A DNA stretch of 64,000 nt. Origin: an uncultured Bacilli bacterium. GTDB lineage: Bacteria > Bacillota_I > Bacilli_A > RF39 > UBA660. Positions 47,409 to 57,874 of this stretch are shown piece by piece. The number at the start of each line of letters is the position of its first letter. Position 1 is the stretch's first letter. The DNA lies in NCBI GenBank assembly GCA_934120015.1, contig CAKOTD010000003.1, positions 3,921 through 67,920 on the forward strand. The letters run 5' to 3'. The notes under the pieces are model-generated. The model searched no databases, had not been told where the DNA came from, and worked only from the letters and a program-made list of their open reading frames with translations. The position numbers were made by a program, and so were the translations under genes.

Positions 47409-48239
47409 ATGAAATTAAATAATGGAGTAGAAATACCACAAATAGGTTTAGGAACATTTATGCTAAGTCCGAATGATGCTTTTAATTCTGTTAAAGTAGC
47501 ACTTGAAAATGGTTATAAATTAATTGATACAGCAAGTGCATATGTAAATGAAAAAGCCGTTGGAAAGGCCATTAAAATGTCTAATATAGATAGAAAAGAT
47601 ATCTTCGTTTCGACAAAGTTATGGGTAACTGAATATGAAAATGAAAGAGCAGTTGATGAAACACTTGAAAGATTAGGATTAGAATATATTGATTTATTGT
47701 TTATTCATCAGCCAGCAGGTAATTATTTAGCAGGTTATAAACTATTAGAAAAGGCTTATAAAGAGGGAAAAGTAAGGGCTATTGGTTTATCTAATTTTGA
47801 GGGAAAGTATCTTAATGAAATACTTTCTAATTGTGAAATAAGACCTCAGGTTATGCAAGTAGAGGCTCATCCATATTTTGTCCAAGAGGAACTTAGAAAG
47901 ACATTGGATAAATATGATATTAAATTAATGAGTTGGTATCCACTTGGTCATGGGGATTCTAATTTATTAAATGAAAATATTTTTACCACTTTAGCACACA
48001 AATATCAAAAAACACCATCACAAATAATCTTAAGATGGCATATAGATATGGGATTTATTGTTATACCAGGTAGTAAAAATGCACTACATATAAAAGAAAA
48101 TTTAGATGTATTGAATTTTGCACTATCTGATGATGATATGAATGAAATATCTAAAATAAATAAAAAACAAAGATATTATATACAAACAGAAGAAAATTTA
48201 AAACATTATCAAGAATTTAAACCAAAGTATGAAGAATAG
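47409..48239 (+). CDS. Aldo/keto reductase
   Basis: GLGTF, DTASAYVNE, LFIHQP, IPGSKN motifs. Confidence 0.9.
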   Translation: MKLNNGVEIPQIGLGTFMLSPNDAFNSVKVALENGYKLIDTASAYVNEKAVGKAIKMSNIDRKDIFVSTKLWVTEYENERAVDETLERLGLEYIDLLFIHQPAGNYLAGYKLLEKAYKEGKVRAIGLSNFEGKYLNEILSNCEIRPQVMQVEAHPYFVQEELRKTLDKYDIKLMSWYPLGHGDSNLLNENIFTTLAHKYQKTPSQIILRWHIDMGFIVIPGSKNALHIKENLDVLNFALSDDDMNEISKINKKQRYYIQTEENLKHYQEFKPKYEE

Positions 48240-48256
48240 AAAGGAATTAGATATAA

Positions 48257-48757
48257 ATGAAAAGTATAGTTATATATTTTAGTCGAACAGATGAAAATTA
48301 TATGAAGGATGGCATTAGAAAAATTGATAAAGGAAATACTGAAATAGTTGCTGAGAAGATTAGTAAATTAACAGGTGCTAGTTTATTTAAAGTTGAAACA
48401 GTAAATCCTTATCCATATAATTATTATGATTGTTGTGATGTTGCTAAAAAGGAATTAAATAATAATGAAAGACCAGAAATAAAAAATCATCTTACTAGTT
48501 TAGATGAATATGATACTATTTATATTGGTGGTCCTGTATGGTGGGGACATTATCCATGTGCTTTATTTACAGCCTTAGAAGAATTAAATTATGCTGGAAA
48601 AACAATAAAACCATTTTGTACTCATGAAGGATCTGGTTTAGGATCTATTATGGATGATGTTAAACAACTTTGTCCTAATGCCAATATCGAAAAAGGTTTA
48701 GAACTTAGAGGCAGTGATGTCTTAAATGCTGATGAAAAGATAGAAAAGTGGGTGTAG
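48257..48757 (+). CDS. Flavodoxin-family protein
   Basis: IVIYFSRTDENY...IGGPVWWG. Confidence 0.8.
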   Translation: MKSIVIYFSRTDENYMKDGIRKIDKGNTEIVAEKISKLTGASLFKVETVNPYPYNYYDCCDVAKKELNNNERPEIKNHLTSLDEYDTIYIGGPVWWGHYPCALFTALEELNYAGKTIKPFCTHEGSGLGSIMDDVKQLCPNANIEKGLELRGSDVLNADEKIEKWV

Positions 48758-48760
48758 TAT

Positions 48761-49237
48761 ATGAAGAAAATAGTAGTATATTATAGTTATACAGGTAATA
48801 CTAAAAAGATTGCTGATATGATAAAAGAAAAACTTAATTGTGATTTTTTAGAATTAACACCTAAAATTCCTTTTTCAACAGATTATCAAACGGTTGTAGA
48901 TGAATATCAAAATAATTCTATTGATAATAAAGAAGTAGAAATTAATGATATTAATATTAATTTAAATGATTATGAAGAAATAATAATTGGAACTCCTGTA
49001 TGGTGGTATACAATATCACCAGTTGTGGTTACTTTCTTAAAAAAATATGACCTAAGTGGAAAAGTAGTTATACCTTTTGCTACTAATGCAGGATGGCTTG
49101 GTAAAACATTTAAAGATGTCCAAAAATTATGTCCTAATTCTAAAGTAGAAAAAGAAATGAATATTGTTTTTAAAAGTTATAGTGATAATTTAAAAACAAA
49201 TATAAAGGATATAAATAATTGGATTGCTAGTTTATAG
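48761..49237 (+). CDS. Flavodoxin-family protein
   Basis: VVYYSYTGNTKKIA...IGTPVWWY. Confidence 0.8.
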   Translation: MKKIVVYYSYTGNTKKIADMIKEKLNCDFLELTPKIPFSTDYQTVVDEYQNNSIDNKEVEINDININLNDYEEIIIGTPVWWYTISPVVVTFLKKYDLSGKVVIPFATNAGWLGKTFKDVQKLCPNSKVEKEMNIVFKSYSDNLKTNIKDINNWIASL

Positions 49238-49259
49238 ATAGAGAAATCTATCTTTTCTG

Positions 49260-49309
49260 TTGACAAAATTTCATAATTAATGTATTATTGTATTATTCAT
49301 ATAATACAA
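49260..49309 (+). promoter_or_regulatory. Promoter TTGACA-N17-TATTAT (TG-extended) followed by a 9-4-9 perfect inverted repeat (YtrA/GntR operator)
   Basis: TTGTATTAT-TCAT-ATAATACAA at 49288-49309. Confidence 0.65.
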
Positions 49310-49328
49310 TTAGAAAGGAGATAAAAAT

Positions 49329-49694
49329 TTGGATTTCAAATTTGATAATAATATTCCTATCTATATTCAGTTAGTAGAAAATTTAAAAAAATATATAATA
49401 TCAGGAAAAATAAAACCAGGTGATAAACTTTTATCAGTTAGAGAACTTGCTTTAAAAACAAAGGTTAATCCTAATACGATGCAAAAAGCACTTACTGAAT
49501 TAGAAGATTTAAAACTTATTTATACCGAAAGAACAAATGGAAAATATGTAACACAGGATGAAAAAATAATAAATAAATTAAAAGATGAATATGCAAAAGA
49601 ACTTTCTTGTAAATATTTTCAAAATATGAAAGATATAGGATTTGATACTATTGATTCAATTGCTTATTTAAAAAAATTAGGAGGAGATAACTAA
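49329..49694 (+). CDS. GntR-family (YtrA subfamily) transcriptional regulator
   Basis: PIYIQLVENLKKYIISGKIKPGDKLLSVRELALKTKVNPNTMQKAL. TTG start with AAAGGAG RBS. Confidence 0.85.
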   Translation: MDFKFDNNIPIYIQLVENLKKYIISGKIKPGDKLLSVRELALKTKVNPNTMQKALTELEDLKLIYTERTNGKYVTQDEKIINKLKDEYAKELSCKYFQNMKDIGFDTIDSIAYLKKLGGDN

Positions 49695-50389
49695 TGGAGT
49701 TATTAGAGTGTATTAATTTAGAAAAAAATTATGGAAAGAAAAAAATATTAAAAGATATAAATTTAAAAATACCTAGAGGTAAGATAATTGGTTTACTTGG
49801 CAAAAATGGTACTGGTAAATCAACACTTATTAAATTAATGAATGATTTACTTATACCAACAAGTGGAGAAATACTTGTTAATGGTAAAAAAATAGGGACA
49901 GAAAGTAAAAGAATCATATCATATTTACCAGAGAGAACATATTTAGATAAATCAATGAAAATAAAAGAGATAATTACTTATTTTGAAGATTTTTATGATA
50001 ATTTTGACTCAGAAAAAGCTAAAAAATTATTAAAGGATTTAAATCTAGATGAAGATTTAAAATTATCAAAAATGAGTAAAGGTATGCAAGAGAAGTTGCA
50101 ACTAGTACTTGTTATGAGTAGAAAAGCCCAGTTATATATCTTAGATGAACCACTTGGAGGAGTAGATCCAGCAACTCGTGATTATATTTTAGATGTAATA
50201 CTTAATAATTTTGATGATAATGCTAGTCTTATTATTTCAACACATTTAATTTCAGATATTGAAAGAATACTAGATGAAGTGATTTTTATTGATAAAGGAA
50301 AAATAATATTAACTTCACCTTCAGATGAGTTAAGAGAAAAAGAAAATAGTTCAATTGATGAAATATTTAGGAGGATGTTTAAATGTTAA
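49694..50389 (+). CDS. ABC transporter ATP-binding protein
   Basis: GKNGTGKST, MSKGMQEK (degenerate signature), LYILDEP. Confidence 0.85.
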   Translation: MELLECINLEKNYGKKKILKDINLKIPRGKIIGLLGKNGTGKSTLIKLMNDLLIPTSGEILVNGKKIGTESKRIISYLPERTYLDKSMKIKEIITYFEDFYDNFDSEKAKKLLKDLNLDEDLKLSKMSKGMQEKLQLVLVMSRKAQLYILDEPLGGVDPATRDYILDVILNNFDDNASLIISTHLISDIERILDEVIFIDKGKIILTSPSDELREKENSSIDEIFRRMFKC

Positions 50390-51174
50390 AGAAATTACTT
50401 AAATATGATTTAAAAAGTATGTTTAAATTCTTAATTGTTTTTTATAGTTTATCTATCTTTTTTGCCATCCTTACGAGAATATTTTTAAATATAAATAATT
50501 CATTTATGATGAATATAATTGGTCAAATATGTAGTGGTACTACTATTGCTATGGTGGCCAATATTTTAATTAATAATACGATTCGTTTATGGGTTAGATT
50601 TAAAAATAATTTTTATGGAGATGAATCTTATTTAACACATACACTTCCAGTAGAAAAAAGAACTTTATATTTATCTAAAATAATAACTTCTATTATTACA
50701 TTATTAGTAAGTATTTTCGTAATTGTATTAACTTTATTTATAGCTTATTATAGTAAGGAAAATATTAATACTTTAAAAGAGTTTTTATTACCAATTACTA
50801 ATGTTTATGATAGTAATTTTATAAAATTATTAATATGTACATTATTTATCTTCTTTATTGAAATATTAAGTGCTATACAAGCAGGATATACTGGTATAAT
50901 TCTAGGACATAAAATGAATAATAATAAAACAGTTTTTTCGGTTATATATGGCTTTCTATCATATATATTGACACAAGTATTATGTTTGTTACTATTATTT
51001 ATAATTTCATTATTTAATAAAAATATTGCTAATTTATTTATGACAAATAGTGTTATTAGTATAGATATTTTAAAAATACTTTTTTATGTAGCAAGTTTAA
51101 TATATTTAATTCTTTTAACCGTTATTTATTTTATAAATGTAAAGATATTTAAAAAAGGAGTAAATGTAGATTAA
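50383..51174 (+). CDS. Polytopic membrane protein (probable ABC-2-type permease partner)
   Basis: Six hydrophobic segments. Overlaps the ATPase gene. Confidence 0.6.
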   Translation: MLKKLLKYDLKSMFKFLIVFYSLSIFFAILTRIFLNINNSFMMNIIGQICSGTTIAMVANILINNTIRLWVRFKNNFYGDESYLTHTLPVEKRTLYLSKIITSIITLLVSIFVIVLTLFIAYYSKENINTLKEFLLPITNVYDSNFIKLLICTLFIFFIEILSAIQAGYTGIILGHKMNNNKTVFSVIYGFLSYILTQVLCLLLLFIISLFNKNIANLFMTNSVISIDILKILFYVASLIYLILLTVIYFINVKIFKKGVNVD

Positions 51175-51297
51175 TATAAAAGAAATAGGTAAAAAATTTA
51201 AACCTATTTCTTTCTTTTTCTATACTTATATTACCACAATTTCCTTAATTTTTCAAGACTAGTATTTATATAGATATTGGTGTATTAAATATTAGAG

Positions 51298-51747
51298 GTG
51301 ATTTTTTTGAAGAATATAAGTTATATTGAAAGAATGCTTTTAAGTAATCAACAGCTTACAATTAATGAAATACTTAATTTAAATAAATTTACAGAAAAGA
51401 GGGGATTATTATTAAATGAAAAACAGGCTATTAGTTTAATTAATAATAGAAATAGATGTTTAAAAGAGTTAGGAAGAATTGAAATTGGTAGTGGTACTTT
51501 AGAAAGAATAATCTATACTTTTTATACTTCTAGTTATATAGATAAAGATAATTATTTAGAAATATTAGAGGAACTTACTAATATATTTTATCTATATCAA
51601 AATGAGTTTGATAATAAATTAACTGATGAGCAAATAATAGAATATATAAAAAAATCTTATGAAGAGTGTGGAACGATAGAATTGTTAGAGGGCTTATATC
51701 TTGAAAATTTAAGAGATAAATTATTAAATGGTGAAGCTTATGAATAA
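51298..51747 (+). CDS. Hypothetical protein (about 140-149 aa; start uncertain: TTG 51307 or ATG 51334 are alternatives)
   Basis: Long ORF overlapping the next gene by 20 nt. No motif recognised. Confidence 0.5.
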   Translation: MIFLKNISYIERMLLSNQQLTINEILNLNKFTEKRGLLLNEKQAISLINNRNRCLKELGRIEIGSGTLERIIYTFYTSSYIDKDNYLEILEELTNIFYLYQNEFDNKLTDEQIIEYIKKSYEECGTIELLEGLYLENLRDKLLNGEAYE

Positions 51748-53038
51748 TATAATAGATATTGAAAAATTAATTGAAGAGGAAATAGATACTAATAATTATA
51801 TAGAATCATTACTTAATTTATCTATTAAATATAAGTATATTACGGATGAGCAAAGAGATAACATAATATATAAATTTCTTATGATTATTTCCAAAACAAT
51901 AAAATTATATACAGGACAGTTAACTAGTTCTGTTCCTATTAGTCTTTTTAAAAATATAAGTAATTCTAATATGTATATAGTATCATTATATCTTAAAGAT
52001 AAAAGAATAAAGGAACAAATTAATATTTTAATAAGTGAAAGTGCTGATAATATATATAATCAAAGTATTAAATTTTTAGAAGAATATATTAATAAAACTA
52101 AGTTATTTTATAATGTCATTTTTATAAATAATATAGTACCTATAAATAATTATTTTTATAATAGTACATTAAAGGATGGGATTAAAAGTTTTTTTAAGTT
52201 ATATAACTTTTATGATGCTAAAAACATTATAATTACAGCTGATTATGAATGTCTAATAGGTAGACCTAATCTTTTTGGAATAGAGTTTATAAATAAGTAT
52301 TTAGAGTATATAAATTATGAAAATATTTTTTTAAGGAAATTTAACTATATAAAACAGGAAAATTTATTAAAAAAATTATATAGTAATTATGAAGATTTAC
52401 CGATTAATATATTTGAGATAATTTTTACTTTTTGTTTAGTATTAGAATATTTAAATAAGGATATATATGATTTAAATATTTTAGATATAGATGTAGAAAA
52501 AATATATAATGATGATAATTATATAAATAATTTAGATAAGGCTTATAATAATTTAAAAAACAAATGGAAATTTGATGATAAGACAAATAAATATTTAGAT
52601 AAATGCAAAGTAATCATTATTAATAAAATTATTTATCATTATAAAAATAATACACTTCATATATTATTAGGTGAAAAGGAAAGTAGAGTCATTAATTATA
52701 TAGTAAATCCTAAAATGTGTGATAAAAAATATAATGATTTAATTGTTTCTTTAAAGGAAGTACATGATAATGAAAGAATAAATATTATAAAGGAAAATAT
52801 AAATTCATTATTTGATATAGTTGATATTATAAGTGATATTGATTTTAATGATACTGAATTATTTTCTCTTTTTTCTAGCCTAAATATAATAGAAATAATG
52901 GTTTTAAAGAACTATTTTAAAGATATGGAAGATAGTTACATATTTAAAATACTAAATAGATATATAATGACTAAGAATATAAAGGAACAAAATATTATTA
53001 ATGAAAACTATATATATATAGAAATTCTTGTGAAGTAG
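51728..53038 (+). CDS. Hypothetical protein (436 aa), translationally coupled to the preceding ORF
   Basis: Long ORF predicted to be helical. No motif recognised. Confidence 0.55.
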   Translation: MVKLMNNIIDIEKLIEEEIDTNNYIESLLNLSIKYKYITDEQRDNIIYKFLMIISKTIKLYTGQLTSSVPISLFKNISNSNMYIVSLYLKDKRIKEQINILISESADNIYNQSIKFLEEYINKTKLFYNVIFINNIVPINNYFYNSTLKDGIKSFFKLYNFYDAKNIIITADYECLIGRPNLFGIEFINKYLEYINYENIFLRKFNYIKQENLLKKLYSNYEDLPINIFEIIFTFCLVLEYLNKDIYDLNILDIDVEKIYNDDNYINNLDKAYNNLKNKWKFDDKTNKYLDKCKVIIINKIIYHYKNNTLHILLGEKESRVINYIVNPKMCDKKYNDLIVSLKEVHDNERINIIKENINSLFDIVDIISDIDFNDTELFSLFSSLNIIEIMVLKNYFKDMEDSYIFKILNRYIMTKNIKEQNIINENYIYIEILVK

Positions 53039-53213
53039 GTAACTTTTTTGTTAAAATATGTCAAAATATGTTATAATATAAATGAAGAAGTGAGATTAAT
53101 TAATAAATATCTTGTGATATTTTAGTATCACGAGATAAGGAAGTAGTAAATTTATCAAATATTTTTATATCATAAAATATCTATTTTTATGATTGTTTGT
53201 ATAGGAGATTTAT

Positions 53214-53855
53214 ATGAAGATATTTAAAGGAAATAGGATAATCCTAGATTTGATAATTTGCATATGCTCATTGATAGGAATAATTTCTAATTTTTGTCTA
53301 TTTAAAACACCAATTGGATTATTATATTATACAATATTTAGTAATCTATTATGTTTTGTATTTTATAGTATTTCTATTATTAAAAAAATATTTACGGAAT
53401 TTAAACTGACAACAAACTATATAAAATTTAAAGGTTTGGTATTAGTTTCTTTAGTGTGTACATTCTTAATTTATAATTTTTTTATGGTTCCAACCGGACA
53501 AGTACATGCGTATGATGGACATTTTTTTGCATCTTGTTTTGTACATATAATTACACCTATTTTAGTTGTAGCCGATTGTATTGTTAATGGTAAGAGTAAG
53601 GTGCTTAAATATTCTTATATTTTGAATTGGACAGTAGCAATTACAATATATGGAATAATGGTAATTATATATCAGCATTTGGGTGGCCTTTTTCTTGAAG
53701 GACTAAATTATCCTTATTTTAATTTTAACTATGTAGAATATGGATATATAAATTGTTTCTTTATGAATTTTATAATAATTATTTTCTATGATATTATTTG
53801 TTTGTTAATTGTTTTAATAAATAGAAAAGTTATACGAGGGGGCAATAAAATATGA
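53214..53855 (+). CDS. Integral membrane protein (6 TM)
   Basis: Hydrophobicity pattern. ATGA overlap with the next gene. Confidence 0.6.
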   Translation: MKIFKGNRIILDLIICICSLIGIISNFCLFKTPIGLLYYTIFSNLLCFVFYSISIIKKIFTEFKLTTNYIKFKGLVLVSLVCTFLIYNFFMVPTGQVHAYDGHFFASCFVHIITPILVVADCIVNGKSKVLKYSYILNWTVAITIYGIMVIIYQHLGGLFLEGLNYPYFNFNYVEYGYINCFFMNFIIIIFYDIICLLIVLINRKVIRGGNKI

Positions 53856-55597
53856 ATAAGTATAAAAACACAAATTTAAAAATCTATGATTATATGAAAA
53901 AGGATAATGAAGCTTTTAGAGAAAATAAAGCATTAACTTATTTTGGAAGACAAATAGTCTATAATGAATTTTTAGATGCCATTGAAAAACTGGCAGTTTC
54001 ATTTAAGATGTTAGGTGTAGAAAAAGGGGATTATGTACCTATATGTTTACCTAATGTTCCACAAGGAGTAATATCTTTTTATGCATTAAATAAGATAGGG
54101 GCTATACCAAATATGATTCCTGTTTTAGCAAGCAAAGAAGAATTTAAACATTATTTAACTGAGGTCCCTGCAAGAAACTTTATAATGTTCAGAGATTTTT
54201 ATTCTAAAGTTAAGGATATTATTCCCAAAACATCAATTGAAAGAACAATTATTGCATCTCCATCTACATATATTCCTATTGATGCTTTAAAACAAATGGC
54301 TAGTATAAAAACTATAGCCCAATCTTGTTATTTTGATGCTCAAACTAAATTCTCATTTAGAAATAAATTAATGTCTTGGGATAAACTTATGCAACTATCT
54401 AATGGAGAAAAATATGTTCCAACTGAAAAATTTAATTTTAGTGATACAGCTTTGTTATCACATACAGGTGGTACAACAGGTATTCCTAAATCAGCAGAAT
54501 TTACAAATGAAAATTTTAATGCTATGGTTGAGCAATATCGTGTATTAACTGAATTATTTGAAAGAGGGGACAAGATTTTAACTGTTCTTCCTATGTTTAT
54601 AAATTATGGATTATGTAATAATATTCATATGCCGTTAAGTTTTGGTATTGAAACAATAATAGTACCGACCTTTGATCCAAAAGAGGCATTTGATTTATTT
54701 TTGAAGTATAAACCAAATCATTTTATGTGTGTTGCTCATTATTTTGAATATATGATGAATGATAAAAGGTTTGATGGATTGGACTTATCTTTTGTTAAAA
54801 CGGTTACATACGGTGGTGCACCATTAAGCCCAGAATCAAAGAAGAAATTTGATGAATTTTTAGAAAGTCATGGTGCCCATGGTGTTAAAATCCTAAATGG
54901 TTATGGAATGACCGAAAGTACATCAAGTATTGCATATGAACAAAAAATACTTGGCACAGATGAGTATAAATTATTCCAATTACCATATAGCAATATTAAA
55001 ATAGTTAATCCTGAGACTAGAAAAGAAGTTCAAATTGGTGAAGTTGGTGAATTATGTGCTGAAGGTCCAATTATTTTTAAAGGTTACTTGAATAATGAAG
55101 AAGAAACCAAAAATGTACTAAAAATTCATGAAGATGGTAAAACTTGGTTACATTCAGGTGATTTAGCCAAAATAAATGAAGATAGATCAATCGATATAGT
55201 TGGTAGATTAAAGAGAATTTATCCAACGATGGATACTACAAATGGTAATGTTGCTAAAATTTTTCCTGATAATATTGAAAATGTTATAAAAACGTGTGAA
55301 TGTGTCAATGAATGTGCAATAGATTGTAAACCTAATAAGGATAGAGTTAATGTTCCATTTGCATTTATAGTGGTAAAAGATGGATATTCAGAAGATGAAG
55401 CATTAGATATGATAAAAGAAAAATGTTTAGAATTAAATGCTTATTCTAGACCATACAATTTTATGTTTTTAAAAAGTCTTAATAAAACAGCTGGTGGAAA
55501 AGTAGATTATAAGTGTTTAATTAAGATGATACCAGATGATTATGGTGATTCAATAGAAGAAATTATATATACTAAGAATAATAGAAAGGTAAGATAA
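53852..55597 (+). CDS. Adenylate-forming enzyme (acyl-CoA synthetase / AMP-binding family)
   Basis: [12 protein letters not shown] (AMP motif), [27 protein letters not shown]. Confidence 0.88.
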   Translation: MNKYKNTNLKIYDYMKKDNEAFRENKALTYFGRQIVYNEFLDAIEKLAVSFKMLGVEKGDYVPICLPNVPQGVISFYALNKIGAIPNMIPVLASKEEFKHYLTEVPARNFIMFRDFYSKVKDIIPKTSIERTIIASPSTYIPIDALKQMASIKTIAQSCYFDAQTKFSFRNKLMSWDKLMQLSNGEKYVPTEKFNFSDTALLSHTGGTTGIPKSAEFTNENFNAMVEQYRVLTELFERGDKILTVLPMFINYGLCNNIHMPLSFGIETIIVPTFDPKEAFDLFLKYKPNHFMCVAHYFEYMMNDKRFDGLDLSFVKTVTYGGAPLSPESKKKFDEFLESHGAHGVKILNGYGMTESTSSIAYEQKILGTDEYKLFQLPYSNIKIVNPETRKEVQIGEVGELCAEGPIIFKGYLNNEEETKNVLKIHEDGKTWLHSGDLAKINEDRSIDIVGRLKRIYPTMDTTNGNVAKIFPDNIENVIKTCECVNECAIDCKPNKDRVNVPFAFIVVKDGYSEDEALDMIKEKCLELNAYSRPYNFMFLKSLNKTAGGKVDYKCLIKMIPDDYGDSIEEIIYTKNNRKVR

Positions 55598-55599
55598 AT

Positions 55600-57630
55600 A
55601 TGAATGGAAGTTTTTTTTGCCAAATAATTAGTTTAATATATATAATTTCAATATCCATTATATTTATTACTAAAAAGAAAATAAATTCAATTGAAAATAA
55701 GTTGTTTAAAAATATAATGGTTGTTAATCTTATAGGGTTAGTTATTGAAATTACATGTTTCTTATTAGGTTATTATAATGTTAAAAATATTATATTATGT
55801 AAAACTATGGTTAAGTTATATCTTATTTATCTTGTATCTTTTGTAATGATATTTACAATATATTTGCTTTATATTTCTTCAAAAACTAAAAATATAAACA
55901 AAGGTCAAAAAATTTTAAATATAATTTATTATATTATTAGTATTTTGTTATTAAGTATTTTGCCAATTAATTTAGTTAATAAAAATGGGGCTATTTATGC
56001 TAATGGATTAGCGGCAAATGCATCATATGCATTAATAGCTGTTTATATTGTTGTATGGTATGTTGTTTTATTTAAAAATTTTAAGACTATAAAAAATAAA
56101 AAGTATTTACCCTTATTTGTATTTTTAATAATTGGAACTATAGTTATGATTGCTCAAAAATTACACCCAGAATTATTGCTAATGACTTCTATGGAATCAT
56201 TTATCGTTTTTCTAATGTATCATACAATAGAAAATCCCGATTTAAAGATGATTGCAAAACTAGAATTTGCTAAAAATCAAGCAGAAAGAGCCAATCGTGC
56301 TAAAAGTGATTTCTTAAGTAGTATGAGTCATGAAATAAGAACACCTTTAAATGCAATAGTTGGATTATCCGAAGATATTGTAACATATAAAGATAAAGTT
56401 CCACCTGAAGTAGTAGAAGATTCAGAAGATATATTAAATGCATCACATACCCTTCTTGAAATAGTAGGTAATATTTTGGATATTAATAAAATTGAAAGTA
56501 ATAAAATGGAATTAGTAGAAAATACTTATAATTTTAGAGATGAAATAACAAAGATGTGTAAAGTTACGGCAACTCGTATTGGAGATAAACCGATAGATTT
56601 TAAATTAAATATTGCTGAAGATATACCATATGAATTAAATGGTGATAAAGGAAAAGTAAAAGAAGTAATAAATAATGTTCTTACTAACGCAATAAAATAT
56701 ACAAACGAAGGTGAGATTAACTTAACTATTAAATGTGTTAATGATTTAAATAAAAATATATCTAATTTAATGATTACATGTAGGGATACAGGAAGAGGAA
56801 TAAAGAAAGAAAATATAAGTAAATTGTTTACAAAATTTGAAAGATTAGATATAGAAAAAAATACCACTACTGAAGGAACAGGACTAGGACTTGCTATAAC
56901 AAAGGCTCTAGTTGATATGATGGGTGGAAATATAAATGTTCAAAGTCAGTTTGGACAAGGCTCTATTTTTATAATTAATTTACCCCAAAAAATAAGTAAA
57001 ATATCAAAACCAATGACTGAAGAAGAATTAATGGATACTGCTAGAAAATTATATTCAAATAAAATAGATACAACAATTATTAAAAATGATAGTAATATTA
57101 ATACATCTGATTATGGCAATAAAAAGATATTAATTGTAGATGATAATAAACTTAATATAAAGGTTGCTAAAAGAGCACTGCAAGACTTTAATTTTGAAAT
57201 AGATGAAGCAGAAGATGGAAGTATCTGTTTAGATAAAGTAAGTAGTGGAAAAGTTTACGATTTAATATTAATGGATATAATGATGCCAAATATGAGTGGT
57301 GAAACAGCTCTTAAAAAATTAAAAGAAAATAAAGATTTTAATACACCAGTAATTGCTTTAACAGCCGATGCTGTTGCAGGAGCAAAAGAAAAATATGTAA
57401 GTGAAGGATTTGCTGATTATATAGCTAAACCATTTAGTAGAGACCAAATAAAAGAAAAATTAGATAGTGTCTTTTTAAATAATATTAAGGAAATAAAAGA
57501 AGAAGTTGTAAGCTATACTTCAGATAATTCTACTAAACCAATAGACAATAGTGTAATACCAATAACAGATGAAGACATTGAAAGAATAAATAAGATACTT
57601 GAAGAAAAGAAAAATGAAAGAAAGGGTTAA
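55600..57630 (+). CDS. Hybrid sensor histidine kinase / response regulator with a polytopic N-terminal sensor
   Basis: About 7 TM segments, H-box [11 protein letters not shown] boxes ([14 protein letters not shown]), and a REC domain ([10 protein letters not shown]...LILMDIMMP...ALTA...KP). Confidence 0.9.
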   Translation: MNGSFFCQIISLIYIISISIIFITKKKINSIENKLFKNIMVVNLIGLVIEITCFLLGYYNVKNIILCKTMVKLYLIYLVSFVMIFTIYLLYISSKTKNINKGQKILNIIYYIISILLLSILPINLVNKNGAIYANGLAANASYALIAVYIVVWYVVLFKNFKTIKNKKYLPLFVFLIIGTIVMIAQKLHPELLLMTSMESFIVFLMYHTIENPDLKMIAKLEFAKNQAERANRAKSDFLSSMSHEIRTPLNAIVGLSEDIVTYKDKVPPEVVEDSEDILNASHTLLEIVGNILDINKIESNKMELVENTYNFRDEITKMCKVTATRIGDKPIDFKLNIAEDIPYELNGDKGKVKEVINNVLTNAIKYTNEGEINLTIKCVNDLNKNISNLMITCRDTGRGIKKENISKLFTKFERLDIEKNTTTEGTGLGLAITKALVDMMGGNINVQSQFGQGSIFIINLPQKISKISKPMTEEELMDTARKLYSNKIDTTIIKNDSNINTSDYGNKKILIVDDNKLNIKVAKRALQDFNFEIDEAEDGSICLDKVSSGKVYDLILMDIMMPNMSGETALKKLKENKDFNTPVIALTADAVAGAKEKYVSEGFADYIAKPFSRDQIKEKLDSVFLNNIKEIKEEVVSYTSDNSTKPIDNSVIPITDEDIERINKILEEKKNERKG

Positions 57631-57644
57631 TCTTTCATTTTTTT
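57614..57644 (+). terminator. Intrinsic terminator
   Basis: ATGAAAGA...TCTTTCAT stem followed by TTTTTT. Confidence 0.65.
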
Positions 57645-57874
57645 AAATTAAAATTAAAAAAAATGTTGACTTTTGTGAAAAAAAGTATTATTTTATAGAA
57701 AATATTATGAAAGGGATGAAGCTTATGATAGTACAAGGCAAAGTTTTTTGTTTCAAAAAAGATAATAGTTTGTCTAATGTATTATTTTGTCCTTTTGTGA
57801 GTTATTATGTTAAAGAAGTATAATGTTTTCTCTATGTGAAAATGTTATGCTTCTTTTTTATAGGAGGTGTTTTA

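Noticed and set aside
57716-57823. 35-aa ORF (MKLMIVQGKVFCFKK...) upstream of rel
   Set aside because: The only purine-rich stretch (AAGGG) abuts the ATG with about 1 nt spacing, so ribosome binding is doubtful. No motif is present. It could be a leader, but there is no supporting structure.
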